DNA from: Edaphobacter aggregans
GTDB taxonomy: Bacteria; Acidobacteriota; Terriglobia; Terriglobales; Acidobacteriaceae
Assembly: GCF_003945235.1 (NCBI RefSeq)
Contig: NZ_RSDW01000001.1
Location: forward strand, 5,400,001-5,432,000
DNA length: 32,000 nucleotides
Direction: 5' to 3'
A model generated the notes under the pieces. That model was not told where the DNA came from. It searched no databases and saw only the letters and a program-made list of their open reading frames with translations. Below, piece after piece: positions 6,702 through 16,769 of the stretch. Made by a program: the position numbers and the translations under genes. How positions within the stretch are numbered: the first letter of the stretch is position 1; each line of letters starts with the position of its first letter.

Positions 6702-9700
6702 GTGATCTCCCGCTATGTACTTTGGAACACCGTTACCCCTTCTACCCCACCGGAACCTGTATCTGTTGCGCTAAAGCAGGCTTTCCAACTTCCAATTGAC
6801 AATCTTGAATCAATCGTTCCGACCTCACTGGCTACGGCAACTCGAATTGCGATTCGAGAATTCCTCGTAACAACCGATGCAGGCCGCGAGTTGGCCGTTT
6901 ATAAGGGAACGCAGCCCCTTTGGCTGGCCCCGTGCGGACAGACATCGATCTCCGATATGGACCTGTCCGTGCGTTCCTTCAATTGTCTGGTTGGCGCGTC
7001 AGTCGCGACTTTGGACGATCTGCTTGCATGGACTCCGAACAAACTCTTGAGCTTGGAACACTTCGGAAGAAAATGTCTCAATGAGATTACCGGGCTTCTA
7101 AGCGACCTTGGATATATTGCAGCTGACGAAGATAGCCCATTCTTCAAAGGTCATCGAACGGGCAACCCATCCGATGACGGCTGCCCGTTCGCCTGCCTGT
7201 TGGCGATTCGGGAGGTGCTTCCCGAAGGGCCACTGCGGACAAAGCTCGAGATGTGCGATTGGACCACGATTGGAGATATCGCGCTTCACCCAATCTCCGA
7301 TGCGTCAATATTCGCAGACCTTACTCAGGAAGAGCAGAATACACTCCAGAACATCTTTCAAAACCTTTCTCTAACCTTGCCTGTTCGGGAATCTGAATGG
7401 GTAACGACTCATGTTTCCGAACTGCGCCGTGTTTTCTCGTCTGAGCTGAGCGCACTTGGGCAGGCTCTCAATGTTGACGACAAACAGCCTACAAGCGACT
7501 CGATCGTTTTCGTTGGAAGCGCCAGCTCGTTGACTGAAGAACTTGATCGACTCATTCCGCCCAAGTACAAGCCGCAAAAACGGTCTATCATCGCTGCGCT
7601 CTTCGGGCTTGATGGCGCTGATCCTCTTACGCTCGAAGAGGTTGCTAAGCGACAGGATCCGCCGATGACGCGGGAGCGAGTCCGCCAGATCGGATCCCCA
7701 TTTCTCAATCGCATCACTTCAGAGGGCAGAAATCTAATCTGGCTTCATAAAGCCCTTGAGACACTGACAGAGGAGATTCCTTGTACACAAGTTCATGCAG
7801 AGATACTTCTCATCGAACGGGGAATCCTCACCTCTCGCCTGTCTCTGACTTCTATTCTCAAACTCTTAAATCGGGCAGGGGTCGAGCATCAGCTAATTCT
7901 GGAATTCGGGCTTCTGCTTTCGAAACAGACCTTGTCTGTCATGAAAGCTGCTGTCTCCAGTGCTCGCAAGAGTTCTTCCCACTGGGGCGTGGCCGACTGG
8001 GAAGAAGTACGGGCTCCGTTGGGCCAATATGGGCATATCATCCGCCCCATTCTTCCCTGGGTTACTTGGCTAGGAGATTCCGAGAGATACTTTGTCTTTC
8101 CAGATGGAGAGAACAGTCTCGCAAACCGGCTGGCTCGGATGTTGCATGTGGCACCCCGGCTTCCGCTTTCGATTGCGTATGAGGCGATCTTTCGGGACAA
8201 TCGGGTGGATTGCTCTCGCCTCCCTAGGGAACATTTCGCTTCGTTCTGCGGACTCTGGCCTTGGTGCAAGCTCGACGGCGACGAGATCGTCTCTATTGGC
8301 ACGCTTCCTCCTGTCGAAGCCTCTGGCGACGATCTTCTGGTCATTCTGATCCGCGAATTCGGCAGACCCGCCACGAGACAGGAGATTTTGCAACGAGCAC
8401 GCATTGAAGGCATTGGCGACGTGACCGTCAACCAGGCCTTGAGTTACAGTAATGTCCTGATGGGGGCTAGTGGTCGGTATTGGGTGGTTGGAGACCCACC
8501 CTTCGTGGAAGAATCCCGCGATTCACAGGCAAAGACCTCCGAGCCTTCTCCTTTAGTGGAGATTACTTCGGGCGATCTTGCTGCTGAGATCATCTCCCAA
8601 GACGGCTCGACAGGACATTCACCCAGTGGAATCTCTAAGCTTGACCCTGCATCCGAGCAGTTCGTAGAGCGCTTGACCCTGGAAGTGCAGCGGCGGGTCG
8701 TCAAGAGACAGCTTGCAACGCCATGGTCAGTAGCAGAACTCGCCCTGGAGGATGCGGAACGATCAGTATTGTTTGAATGGGGTAGCCTCGCGCAATGGGA
8801 TTACCGCAGGGACAATGTTCGATTCAATGACATCGCGAATGAAAGGATTCGCCGGCGCGCCGCGCTCGGGCTTGCGTTCATGGTATTCGCTGCGGAAGCC
8901 GTCCGAAAGCTCGGCGGATCGGGGGTTGTATGGCCCGCGATAAATAAGGCTCTCGGACCGCAGCAACGTCAATTGTTCCTCGCGCAGGAGAGTTCCCCGA
9001 AAACAATGTTGCGAGAAGGAGTGGAGGAGGCTTGCAGGGTCTTCGGGATCAGACACGATTTTGGCGAAGCCGGGCATCAGGTTTGGGTGCGGACGATTGG
9101 CGTTCAGTATGCCATTCCGCTCTCTCAGCTTCCATCCTTACCTCAAATGTTGACCGAATCGTTTGAATTTAATCCGATATCGGTCCAATCACTTCTCAGT
9201 CCGTCGGACAAAATGTACTCGCCTTCGTTCACCGAGGCGTGGAACACTATGAGGCGTCTGCGGCACGGCGACCTTAGCGCGGGCACTGCGGAACAACGGC
9301 TCAAGAAAAATTGCTGGACGATGCATTTCCCTATCGCGGAGCTCCTTGATTGGTGTCTTGCCTCCGCGCCGGCTCGTGCAACCACGAATCAAGGTCTCAC
9401 CCGAGAATCGGAAGGTCTGGCTTATTCCTATTTTGATCAGCCCTCGCTACGATGGGTTGGGGACAACCCGTTTCTTGAATATGCCTTGCACCAGCGGCCG
9501 CCCGCGTGGGTCGAATTAGGCCCGTTGATGTTCATTTCCACTGAACCAGTTAAAAAGGAACAGGTGCTTATCGGCGAGGATGGCTGGCGATTTGCATACG
9601 CTCCATTGTCGATTTCGTTGAGCCACCATCCGTCGACCTATTTCTCCTTCGATCTTCGGTATCGAGGCTCCTCCCAGCTCGCGGAACCAATCGTGCAATC

Positions 9701-11504
9701 GCTGGTACCACCAACCGGGCTCGCCTTCTTCGATGCTTCAGGAGCATTTATCGGCGACAGTGAAACCGCTGTTCCTCTTGACGAATCTGTCACACTACTT
9801 CACGCAGCAGATGTGCAATTCGAAGGAGTTTCGAACCCTCTGCCGTTCCGTTCGATATTTGCCGGATCGTATCGTCTCACTCGATTTCGAGCTGGGGTCT
9901 TGGCTGGGATCACTGTGTTCAATCATTCTGGGGAGCTACTCTGGACCCATGCGGAGGAGGACAGCGAGGCCACGGAAGTTGTCCAAAGTGCCGATCTCGA
10001 CGGGGCGCGATGGGGACATCCTGCGCGCCTTCGGCTACCAACAACAGACTTCGAGCCACATCGGGTTCGGCTCATGAATGGTGAAACCGTTGTATTGCCT
10101 CCGCCAGGAGAAACGACAGTGGTGGAGTTGACGCCCAGCTTGAGTCGAGCGAAATATGCCCGTTTACAGGGATACGCGGGCGTCCACGCGCGATCGGTCA
10201 AGATCCAGTTTCGCCACCTATCGCAGCAGTATGGTGCGGCTTTGGAAGCAAACGGAGCCTGGCAGGCACTACAGGAAAACTCCTCGGTTGAAACGTCCAG
10301 ATTGAGGACGAACCGGTTGCTGGCCCAATCGAAGGACTGGGACTTCGATCCGGAGGAAGCACGGTGGATGGAGGGGAGTCGCGTCATCGCACGACCGCGC
10401 ACCTACGGAACCATCCTGACCGAATGCGAGGGCCTCGGCGCGGGGCTTTGTCTGGCCGGTAAGACCTACAACGAATACCAATCCGGGCTGCGGGCCGCGT
10501 CGGCTGTGATCGACGTAGGCGAATTGAGAAATGTGACTCGACATGATGACAAGAGCTGGAGTGCGCTGCTTCCCTTCGAAGATCCTTTATCCGCAGAGCA
10601 TTGTTTGTGGGCGTGGACTTCAAATTCAAGGCTTCCGCAACCCATCCCAGTTACAGGCCTGGTCAAAAATGGGTCAGAGCTGAAGTGGCGGTTGAGCGTC
10701 ACCGCAGAAGTATTTGGGTGGGCTCTTTCCTTTCGCGGCGCCAGAGTTGGCTCAATGTGTGTGGAGGCGGGATTGTTCCGGTTCGCGGAGCACCTCTCCC
10801 GCGGCGATTGGAGTTCCGACTGGAAGTCCACTTCAGCGTGGATTCGCTGGTGGCATTGCCCTGTATTTCATCCCTCATGGAATGCTGAGATCAAGAAGCT
10901 TTGCATGTTGGCACCCGTGGATACCTGCGCTGCCTGGCTACTGCCCGCGTGTCCGAATTCCTCGATGGTTAACGATGAAGGGCGCGAAGAAGCGTGGGCA
11001 TCTGCCTGCCGCGAGCTGCTTTGGTCATGGCGACCAACCAGCTACGAAGCCAGAGATCTGATGGAGGGCCTGGATATCTGGTCCGGTGACATTGCCAGGG
11101 ATTCGACAGGCGTAAAACTGGAACCGATAGGGAGACTCGCTCGCTGCAATCCCATTCTACTTTCAAGAGCTGCTAGTCTTGCGGCCCCGGAGTTGTACAA
11201 CTACCCGCGTAATCAATTGGTGATTCTTATCCGACTTCTACTCGATGCTATTAACCCGAACGCAGTACGGACCGGATTCGATCTGCGGACACTTTGCGAG
11301 CGTTACGCGCAAGGCGAGAACCGGTTGGACGGCGAATTTATTCTGAGAAGCCTGGTAGTAGACGCCAGGGCAATCCTTGCGGGGCAGGACAGAAAATCGC
11401 ATAACCTCTTGATCGCGTTCCACAACGCAGGATTGCGAGAGATAGTGGCGATTGCACTACTGCTCGATACCATCACGACCTGGCAAGTCGGGGGGAGCGA
11501 CTGA
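6702..11504 (+). CDS. Giant (about 1600 aa) uncharacterised protein with N-terminal RpoA alpha-CTD-like HhH module(s) and a sigma-70 region-4-like HTH. It is the partner of the downstream helicase (DruH-like position).
   Basis: A single uninterrupted 4.8-kb frame. The listed start is GTG at 6702, so the exact start is uncertain. LSVRSFNCLVGASVATLDDLLAWTPNKLLSLEHFGRKCLNEITGLL matches the alpha-CTD pattern (LSVRS.NCL....I.T..DL......LL...NFG.KSL.EI). FGLDGADPLTLEEVAKRQDPPMTRERVRQIGSPFLNRI matches sigma-70 region 4.2. The remaining 1250 aa or so contain no motif I recognise. Confidence 0.85.
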   Translation: MISRYVLWNTVTPSTPPEPVSVALKQAFQLPIDNLESIVPTSLATATRIAIREFLVTTDAGRELAVYKGTQPLWLAPCGQTSISDMDLSVRSFNCLVGASVATLDDLLAWTPNKLLSLEHFGRKCLNEITGLLSDLGYIAADEDSPFFKGHRTGNPSDDGCPFACLLAIREVLPEGPLRTKLEMCDWTTIGDIALHPISDASIFADLTQEEQNTLQNIFQNLSLTLPVRESEWVTTHVSELRRVFSSELSALGQALNVDDKQPTSDSIVFVGSASSLTEELDRLIPPKYKPQKRSIIAALFGLDGADPLTLEEVAKRQDPPMTRERVRQIGSPFLNRITSEGRNLIWLHKALETLTEEIPCTQVHAEILLIERGILTSRLSLTSILKLLNRAGVEHQLILEFGLLLSKQTLSVMKAAVSSARKSSSHWGVADWEEVRAPLGQYGHIIRPILPWVTWLGDSERYFVFPDGENSLANRLARMLHVAPRLPLSIAYEAIFRDNRVDCSRLPREHFASFCGLWPWCKLDGDEIVSIGTLPPVEASGDDLLVILIREFGRPATRQEILQRARIEGIGDVTVNQALSYSNVLMGASGRYWVVGDPPFVEESRDSQAKTSEPSPLVEITSGDLAAEIISQDGSTGHSPSGISKLDPASEQFVERLTLEVQRRVVKRQLATPWSVAELALEDAERSVLFEWGSLAQWDYRRDNVRFNDIANERIRRRAALGLAFMVFAAEAVRKLGGSGVVWPAINKALGPQQRQLFLAQESSPKTMLREGVEEACRVFGIRHDFGEAGHQVWVRTIGVQYAIPLSQLPSLPQMLTESFEFNPISVQSLLSPSDKMYSPSFTEAWNTMRRLRHGDLSAGTAEQRLKKNCWTMHFPIAELLDWCLASAPARATTNQGLTRESEGLAYSYFDQPSLRWVGDNPFLEYALHQRPPAWVELGPLMFISTEPVKKEQVLIGEDGWRFAYAPLSISLSHHPSTYFSFDLRYRGSSQLAEPIVQSLVPPTGLAFFDASGAFIGDSETAVPLDESVTLLHAADVQFEGVSNPLPFRSIFAGSYRLTRFRAGVLAGITVFNHSGELLWTHAEEDSEATEVVQSADLDGARWGHPARLRLPTTDFEPHRVRLMNGETVVLPPPGETTVVELTPSLSRAKYARLQGYAGVHARSVKIQFRHLSQQYGAALEANGAWQALQENSSVETSRLRTNRLLAQSKDWDFDPEEARWMEGSRVIARPRTYGTILTECEGLGAGLCLAGKTYNEYQSGLRAASAVIDVGELRNVTRHDDKSWSALLPFEDPLSAEHCLWAWTSNSRLPQPIPVTGLVKNGSELKWRLSVTAEVFGWALSFRGARVGSMCVEAGLFRFAEHLSRGDWSSDWKSTSAWIRWWHCPVFHPSWNAEIKKLCMLAPVDTCAAWLLPACPNSSMVNDEGREEAWASACRELLWSWRPTSYEARDLMEGLDIWSGDIARDSTGVKLEPIGRLARCNPILLSRAASLAAPELYNYPRNQLVILIRLLLDAINPNAVRTGFDLRTLCERYAQGENRLDGEFILRSLVVDARAILAGQDRKSHNLLIAFHNAGLREIVAIALLLDTITTWQVGGSD

Positions 11505-11505
11505 A

Positions 11506-14500
11506 ATGGAGATCCAAGACACGCTGCATCTCGATGCGGTAACAGCGCAGCATCAACTTCGGGACCGCCTCGTAGGGTTGGCGCGAAGCGAGTCTTTCGT
11601 CCGGTCCCCCGCAGTTTCTGCTGCGTGCGAACGGCTCTGGCTCGCCAATGGCGATGCCGCAGGGCTGCTGAGTGAGATATGGGTTGAATCTCTATTCCCT
11701 GCAAAATCTTCGGGTATCTCGCTGAAGACCACAGCAAACGTCGCGCCGTCGCTGCTTCGCCAGCTCGAGCGTTCGGCGGCTCTCCCTCTGGATCGCAAAC
11801 TCTATGACCATCAGGCCCGGACGATTCAACTCGAATACTCGAGCCGTGGCACAGATGAACGCCCTGCAATGATTGTCTCGGCTGGAACCGGCGCCGGCAA
11901 GACCGAAGCGTTTCTATTGCCGATGCTGAACGATCTCTTTTCAACGCCCCGGAAGGCAGGTGAGACCGGCGTCCGAGCGATCCTGCTCTACCCCTTGAAT
12001 GCGTTAGTTAACGATCAGATTGAGCGGCTCCACGGATGGCTCAAGGGGCAAGGCGAGATTACGGTCATTCACTATACGAGCGAGACCCCGCAGGATGAAC
12101 CAGATCCCAAGGCGGTATTCGATCCCAGCCGGCTGCGAACACGACTTGAGGCGCAAAGAAATCCTCCGGATATCTTGATCACAAACTACTCGATGCTTGA
12201 GTACCTCCTCTGTAGGCCTCAAGACAATCCACTCTTCGGAAAGGGTCTGCGGACGCTTGTCCTCGACGAGGCACACCTTTATAGCGGAAGTCTCGCAGCT
12301 GAAATTTCTCTTCTGTTGCGACGTGTCATGTTACGTTGCGGCGTCCCAAGCGAGCGAGTACTCCAAATTGCAACCTCCGCAACGCTTGGAGGCAGCTCTA
12401 GCGAGATCAAAGACTTTGCCGCCGGCATCTTTTCGAAGTCTCTCTCTCTGGTCCACCATATACCCGGCAAGACCTCCCGTCGGGAGCTGCCGAAGCAAGC
12501 GAGTCCCTCAGCTCAGTGCAGGCCGGAGGATATGCTGAAGCTCACCGAGGCGATTAAGTTGCGCCCCCTGGTAGATGCGAAGGGGCTGCGCACCGATCCG
12601 GAGCTATGCGATGAACTCCGCGCGCTCTCTCCACTATTCGTTGATTCTCGGGCGCATTTCGATTCGGACGAGAGAAGGCCTGCGAGCCTCCTGCACGCAC
12701 TGATCGGCCAAATGCCTCAGCTTCACACCTTAGACAACCTGTTCTGGAATCACCACGAAACTGGATCCGTCATGAAATTGCGCGAAGTCGCCCAAGAGAT
12801 TTGGCAGGCAAACTCTCAGCTCGCGATGCGAGCCACTGTGGCGCTACTCCAGTTGGGATCTCAGGCTCGATTGAATCTCCAGGAATTACCTCTGTTACCT
12901 CACAAGCTACACCTTCTCGCCCGCGCACCCGGGCCGATCAGCGTTTGCGTGAATCCCGACTGCAACGCGGCGCCTGAGGATCGAATCCCCGGTGGAGGTG
13001 CCGTCTCGCTAGACTCGGGGGGGGCCTGCAAGCATTGCGGGTCTGCAACCTTATCCTTGGCACGGTGTAATAGATGTGGCTTGGAGGCGGTCGCTGGAAG
13101 CCGGAGATCCGACAATACGCTACACCCTCGAGGCCAAACATTTGGCCGAGCTAGAAGAAATGCAAGCGAGATGTTTTTTCAGCTCGCTCCCGATGGAGAC
13201 GTCTTTTACAACATCGCGACACGTGATTGTGAGGAGGGCGGCCAGACGGTTCGCATGGCCGAAATTGTGCTTTGCCCGCATTGCGGGGCGGAGGATGATC
13301 CATTTCGTTCCCTAAGCTTGCTGGATGCCCTCGTTCTCCCTGTGGTAGCAGAGACTTTACACGCTTCCCTCCCAGTCATATCGGATCACGAACGCGCCTG
13401 GCTTCCGGCCGGCGGCAGGCGATTGCTTGCATTTAGCGACAGCCGTAACAGGGCGGCGCGGCTAGGCCCACTTTTAACGCGAAGCCATGAAATCCAGATG
13501 GGGCGCTCGTTGATCGATCAGGTGCTAGGCACAGCAACGCCGGACGCAGGTGTTCGGAGGCTTCGTCAGCGGAATATTCAACGAACATTGGAGGATCTCG
13601 CAAGCTCCGATCTAAGCGCCTCGTTGAGGGCAGAACTCGAATCCGATCTGAGGTCCCAACGAACTGAACTCGAAGCAATCGATTTGGGCATAACCATTGA
13701 AGAGTTGGGCAACCGTCTCAAGCACGCACCCGGACTGGCTCAGTTCTACTGCCGTCCTAGCGCAGTCACGCAACGGGCGGCCGAATGGACTCAAACTACA
13801 TGGGAGCGCAATAGAACGGAGATGATGGCGTGGGCGCCGACGATCCTCTCGAGAGAACTCGCCGTACCGGCATGGCAACGGTTGTCGCTTGAGTCGGCAG
13901 GTCTGGTTGAGATCGTATATCCGGGAATAAGCGATTGGAGGCCGCCGGTCGGCCTGGGCTTTACGCCCGCGATAGCAGACGGTCTCAAAGAACAATGGCC
14001 CGTCCTCATTGCAGCCTTACTGGACATCGCGAGAAGGGACCGTGCCGTGACTCTCGGCTCACGCGATCGAGATCATGTTGAATACTCGACGCCTCTTGGG
14101 AAGTGGATGAGCTTACGAACACGTTCCGACACATCTTTGATCTCCTTTGCAGGATCGGCGCAAGGCAGTCGATCGCGGAGGCCTGCGCTCGTCGTGAAGC
14201 TGCTAGAGCGCTTAGGTTGCGTCTCTCGAATTGACGAGCTTACCTCCCAGGTGTTGGAGGCTGTCTTTCAGCAGTTGATCGATGCTGGCCAACAAGGCCA
14301 GTTGCCTTGGATTGAAGTTGGTGATCGGCAAAGCAGGGACGGGATCTCACGAGCCTTCAGACTGAAATTTGATGGACTTCGTGTTCGGCGCCCGTTCAAT
14401 CTCTATCGCTGTGAAGTCACGGGAGAACTTTGGCCCAGGTCTCTCTTGGGGCTCTCGACGACATCTACTGATGGGCGATCTGACCTGAAACCGGTCACTC

Positions 14501-16620
14501 ACGCCGAAGCCGACCAAGATCCACGTTTTGCACGGACGCGTCAGGAAATCCGCTCATCTGAGATATTCCGGATCGGCATTTGGGCTGACGAGCATTCGGC
14601 ACAGCTTGATCCCAAGGAGAATCGCAGACTTCAGGATCTCTTCTCTAAAGGGGCGCGCAATATCCTCTCGGCTACGACAACGCTTGAAGTTGGTATTGAT
14701 ATTGGCGGGCTCTCTGCCGTTCTGCTGGGCAATGTGCCTCCTTCTCGGGCTAACTATCAACAACGCGGTGGTAGAGCTGGCCGACGTGCAGATGGGTCGT
14801 CACTAGTCTGCACATTCGCACCAAACCGCCCCTTCGACCAGGCAGTATTCAATCACTTCAGCCATTTCTTCAGCAAACAGTTGCGTAAGCCCACAGTTCG
14901 CCTTGGGCGTGAGCGCTTCGGGCGTAAGCATGCCCACTCGTTTCTCCTGGGAGAATTCTTTCGGCGCATATATCCAGCAGGAACGACCGTTACCACAATG
15001 AACGCCTTTAATCAGATGGGTTGGCTCTGCGGAGAACAACAAGTTCCAAGGCAGGTCGCCGACCAACCACGAGTCGAGCAACTCATGTCCCCAAACGCAC
15101 TCATTCTGGATGAATCGGCTTCCTGGTGGGTTAGCGGTGATGCCCCGTTTCTACAGTTCGATCACTTCCTCGGTTTTCTTCTTACCGGAGAGAATTCGGT
15201 CAAAGTTCAGCTCGAAGCCTTGCTGCAGGACACGCCGCTCAGCGATACCGTCAACCGCGTGATCTCAGACGCTCAGTCTTCGTTCCGATCCGCGTGTGTG
15301 GCCTGGTCGAAGGACTATCGGTCGTTGGTGAGTGCGTGGCAGTCGGGAATTGCGTCAGGTGTTCCGAATTCAACGCTGAACGCGATCCATTATCAAGCGA
15401 AGACCCTCTGGCAAACGACGACGATCTCGTCGCTAGCTGAGAGGCGGTTCCTCCCACGGTATGGATTTCCTCTGGACGTTCAAGTTTTGACCGCCTTGAC
15501 GGAAGGTCGCGAGGAACCCGTCCGTTTTCAGCGCGGTTCGCTTCTCGCGCTGAGCGAGTACGTCCCCGGGTCAGTCCTGCTCGGAGGAGGGCGCAGTTAC
15601 ACATCAAGAGGCATTCTGAACTTTTGGTCCGCGAGCGGGGACAAGAGTTTTGGCCTCAGGAAATTTCAGTATGCGTGTCAGTCCGGACATCGATGGACTG
15701 AGCTCCAGCCCCTACAAGGGGACCGGTGCCCAACTTGCAATGACTTTCTTCAGAGTTCTGGACGAGAACTGCTGATTCCCACATTCGGCTATTCCACGGC
15801 TCAATGGGACCCGCCGACCTGGGAAGGAGCGCAGGAGCGAATAGGTGAAACGCAAGTACTGGCGTCCGGTTTTCTGACAGCTGGAGCTTCGCCGATCATC
15901 ACGGATTTTGCAGGAATTGTCGGCATGTCTGCCGCCCCACACGAAAACGCGGAGTTGCTTGCAACCAACTCAGGTGAATTTGACGCCGGCTTTGCCATCT
16001 GCACTAAGTGTGGCTTTACCGACAGTATGAGATCAGGGGCGGACGACCTTCCCCGGAGCGGGGAGGGCGTCGATTTCAACGAACACCTACCGCTGCGCTC
16101 AAGACTTAACAGCAAGAAGTGCTGGAATAAAGGAGAAGAACCTGTACTTCGACATCAACATTTAGCAGCACAACACAACACGGACCTGTTGGAGCTTGAT
16201 CTCGAAGATGTACCCGGCCTCCGTACAAGGGTTATGGCAATGACCTTCGCTCACGCTGTTCACTTAGCTGCGGCAGAATTGCTCGAGGTGGACTCGCGCG
16301 AAATCAGTCTCTCAGTCCATGAGATCGATGACCAAACGTCGTGGAAGATCCAGCTCTACGACTCCGAGGCTGGTGGCTCGGGGCACATCCTTGAACTGGC
16401 TGAGAGGCATCATGAATTGCCTGCAGTGCTTAAGCTCGTACTTTTTCGAAATGCTCAACACAATGCAATATGTACTAGTGCGTGCATCCAATGTCTGCTA
16501 ACGCAAGGGAGTCAAGATGCATACGAGGCCGGGCTTCTTGATCGGCGCGCTCTTCTCGATCTGTTGATAACGACTGAATCCACAGATTGCGTAACCGAAT
16601 CGAGTTCCACTGCGTTTTAA
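11506..16620 (+). CDS. Giant DEAH-box SF2 helicase with Zn-ribbon insertions and a C-terminal DUF1998/MZB domain (DruE/DrmAB/MrfA-like)
   Basis: The ATG at 11506 is 1 nt after the upstream stop (TGA 11502-11504) and is preceded by a GGGGGGAG Shine-Dalgarno sequence; the listed 11452 is a TTG. Helicase motifs: Q-like LYDHQ, motif I SAGTGAGKTEA (from 11881), motif II LVLDEAH (DEAH 12265-12276), motif III ATSATL, motif IV-like LLAFSDSRNRAARL, EHSAQL, motif V ILSATTTLEVGIDIGGL, motif VI QQRGGRAGRR. Cys clusters: CVNPDCN..CKHCG..CNRCG and CPHCG. The C-terminus carries RFLPRYGFPLDV...ALSEYVPGS, CPTCN, CTKCG, LYDSEAGGSGH and CTSACIQCL, typical of DUF1998. Confidence 0.9.
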   Translation: MEIQDTLHLDAVTAQHQLRDRLVGLARSESFVRSPAVSAACERLWLANGDAAGLLSEIWVESLFPAKSSGISLKTTANVAPSLLRQLERSAALPLDRKLYDHQARTIQLEYSSRGTDERPAMIVSAGTGAGKTEAFLLPMLNDLFSTPRKAGETGVRAILLYPLNALVNDQIERLHGWLKGQGEITVIHYTSETPQDEPDPKAVFDPSRLRTRLEAQRNPPDILITNYSMLEYLLCRPQDNPLFGKGLRTLVLDEAHLYSGSLAAEISLLLRRVMLRCGVPSERVLQIATSATLGGSSSEIKDFAAGIFSKSLSLVHHIPGKTSRRELPKQASPSAQCRPEDMLKLTEAIKLRPLVDAKGLRTDPELCDELRALSPLFVDSRAHFDSDERRPASLLHALIGQMPQLHTLDNLFWNHHETGSVMKLREVAQEIWQANSQLAMRATVALLQLGSQARLNLQELPLLPHKLHLLARAPGPISVCVNPDCNAAPEDRIPGGGAVSLDSGGACKHCGSATLSLARCNRCGLEAVAGSRRSDNTLHPRGQTFGRARRNASEMFFQLAPDGDVFYNIATRDCEEGGQTVRMAEIVLCPHCGAEDDPFRSLSLLDALVLPVVAETLHASLPVISDHERAWLPAGGRRLLAFSDSRNRAARLGPLLTRSHEIQMGRSLIDQVLGTATPDAGVRRLRQRNIQRTLEDLASSDLSASLRAELESDLRSQRTELEAIDLGITIEELGNRLKHAPGLAQFYCRPSAVTQRAAEWTQTTWERNRTEMMAWAPTILSRELAVPAWQRLSLESAGLVEIVYPGISDWRPPVGLGFTPAIADGLKEQWPVLIAALLDIARRDRAVTLGSRDRDHVEYSTPLGKWMSLRTRSDTSLISFAGSAQGSRSRRPALVVKLLERLGCVSRIDELTSQVLEAVFQQLIDAGQQGQLPWIEVGDRQSRDGISRAFRLKFDGLRVRRPFNLYRCEVTGELWPRSLLGLSTTSTDGRSDLKPVTHAEADQDPRFARTRQEIRSSEIFRIGIWADEHSAQLDPKENRRLQDLFSKGARNILSATTTLEVGIDIGGLSAVLLGNVPPSRANYQQRGGRAGRRADGSSLVCTFAPNRPFDQAVFNHFSHFFSKQLRKPTVRLGRERFGRKHAHSFLLGEFFRRIYPAGTTVTTMNAFNQMGWLCGEQQVPRQVADQPRVEQLMSPNALILDESASWWVSGDAPFLQFDHFLGFLLTGENSVKVQLEALLQDTPLSDTVNRVISDAQSSFRSACVAWSKDYRSLVSAWQSGIASGVPNSTLNAIHYQAKTLWQTTTISSLAERRFLPRYGFPLDVQVLTALTEGREEPVRFQRGSLLALSEYVPGSVLLGGGRSYTSRGILNFWSASGDKSFGLRKFQYACQSGHRWTELQPLQGDRCPTCNDFLQSSGRELLIPTFGYSTAQWDPPTWEGAQERIGETQVLASGFLTAGASPIITDFAGIVGMSAAPHENAELLATNSGEFDAGFAICTKCGFTDSMRSGADDLPRSGEGVDFNEHLPLRSRLNSKKCWNKGEEPVLRHQHLAAQHNTDLLELDLEDVPGLRTRVMAMTFAHAVHLAAAELLEVDSREISLSVHEIDDQTSWKIQLYDSEAGGSGHILELAERHHELPAVLKLVLFRNAQHNAICTSACIQCLLTQGSQDAYEAGLLDRRALLDLLITTESTDCVTESSSTAF

Positions 16621-16648
16621 GCACGGGTCCGCACGAACGCGCATGCCG

Positions 16649-16664
16649 CCAGAATCGATTCTGG
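16649..16664. promoter_or_regulatory. Perfect 16-bp palindrome CCAGAATCGATTCTGG between the giant helicase gene and the RecD-like gene
   Basis: Read directly at 16649-16664, 29 nt after the helicase stop. No T-tract follows, so it is not a canonical intrinsic terminator. It could be a protein-binding site or a short hairpin. Confidence 0.25.
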
Positions 16665-16769
16665 ATTGGAGCTAAATCGCTGATGCACTCATCTGGGAGG
16701 CAACACCGACCGACTTCACATTTGTGATCATGTTGATCTGTAAGGTTGTCGTTTACAGTAATCCCAGCG

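Noticed and set aside
11452-11505. Upstream TTG start (11452) for the giant helicase
   Set aside because: It would overlap the upstream gene by 53 nt. The ATG at 11506, with a strong Shine-Dalgarno sequence and a 1-nt spacing from the upstream stop, is a better start.
11303-11944. Minus-strand 213-aa ORF spanning the junction of the two giant genes
   Set aside because: It is Arg/Ser/Ala-rich antisense sequence overlapping two strongly supported plus-strand genes, including the helicase Walker A region.
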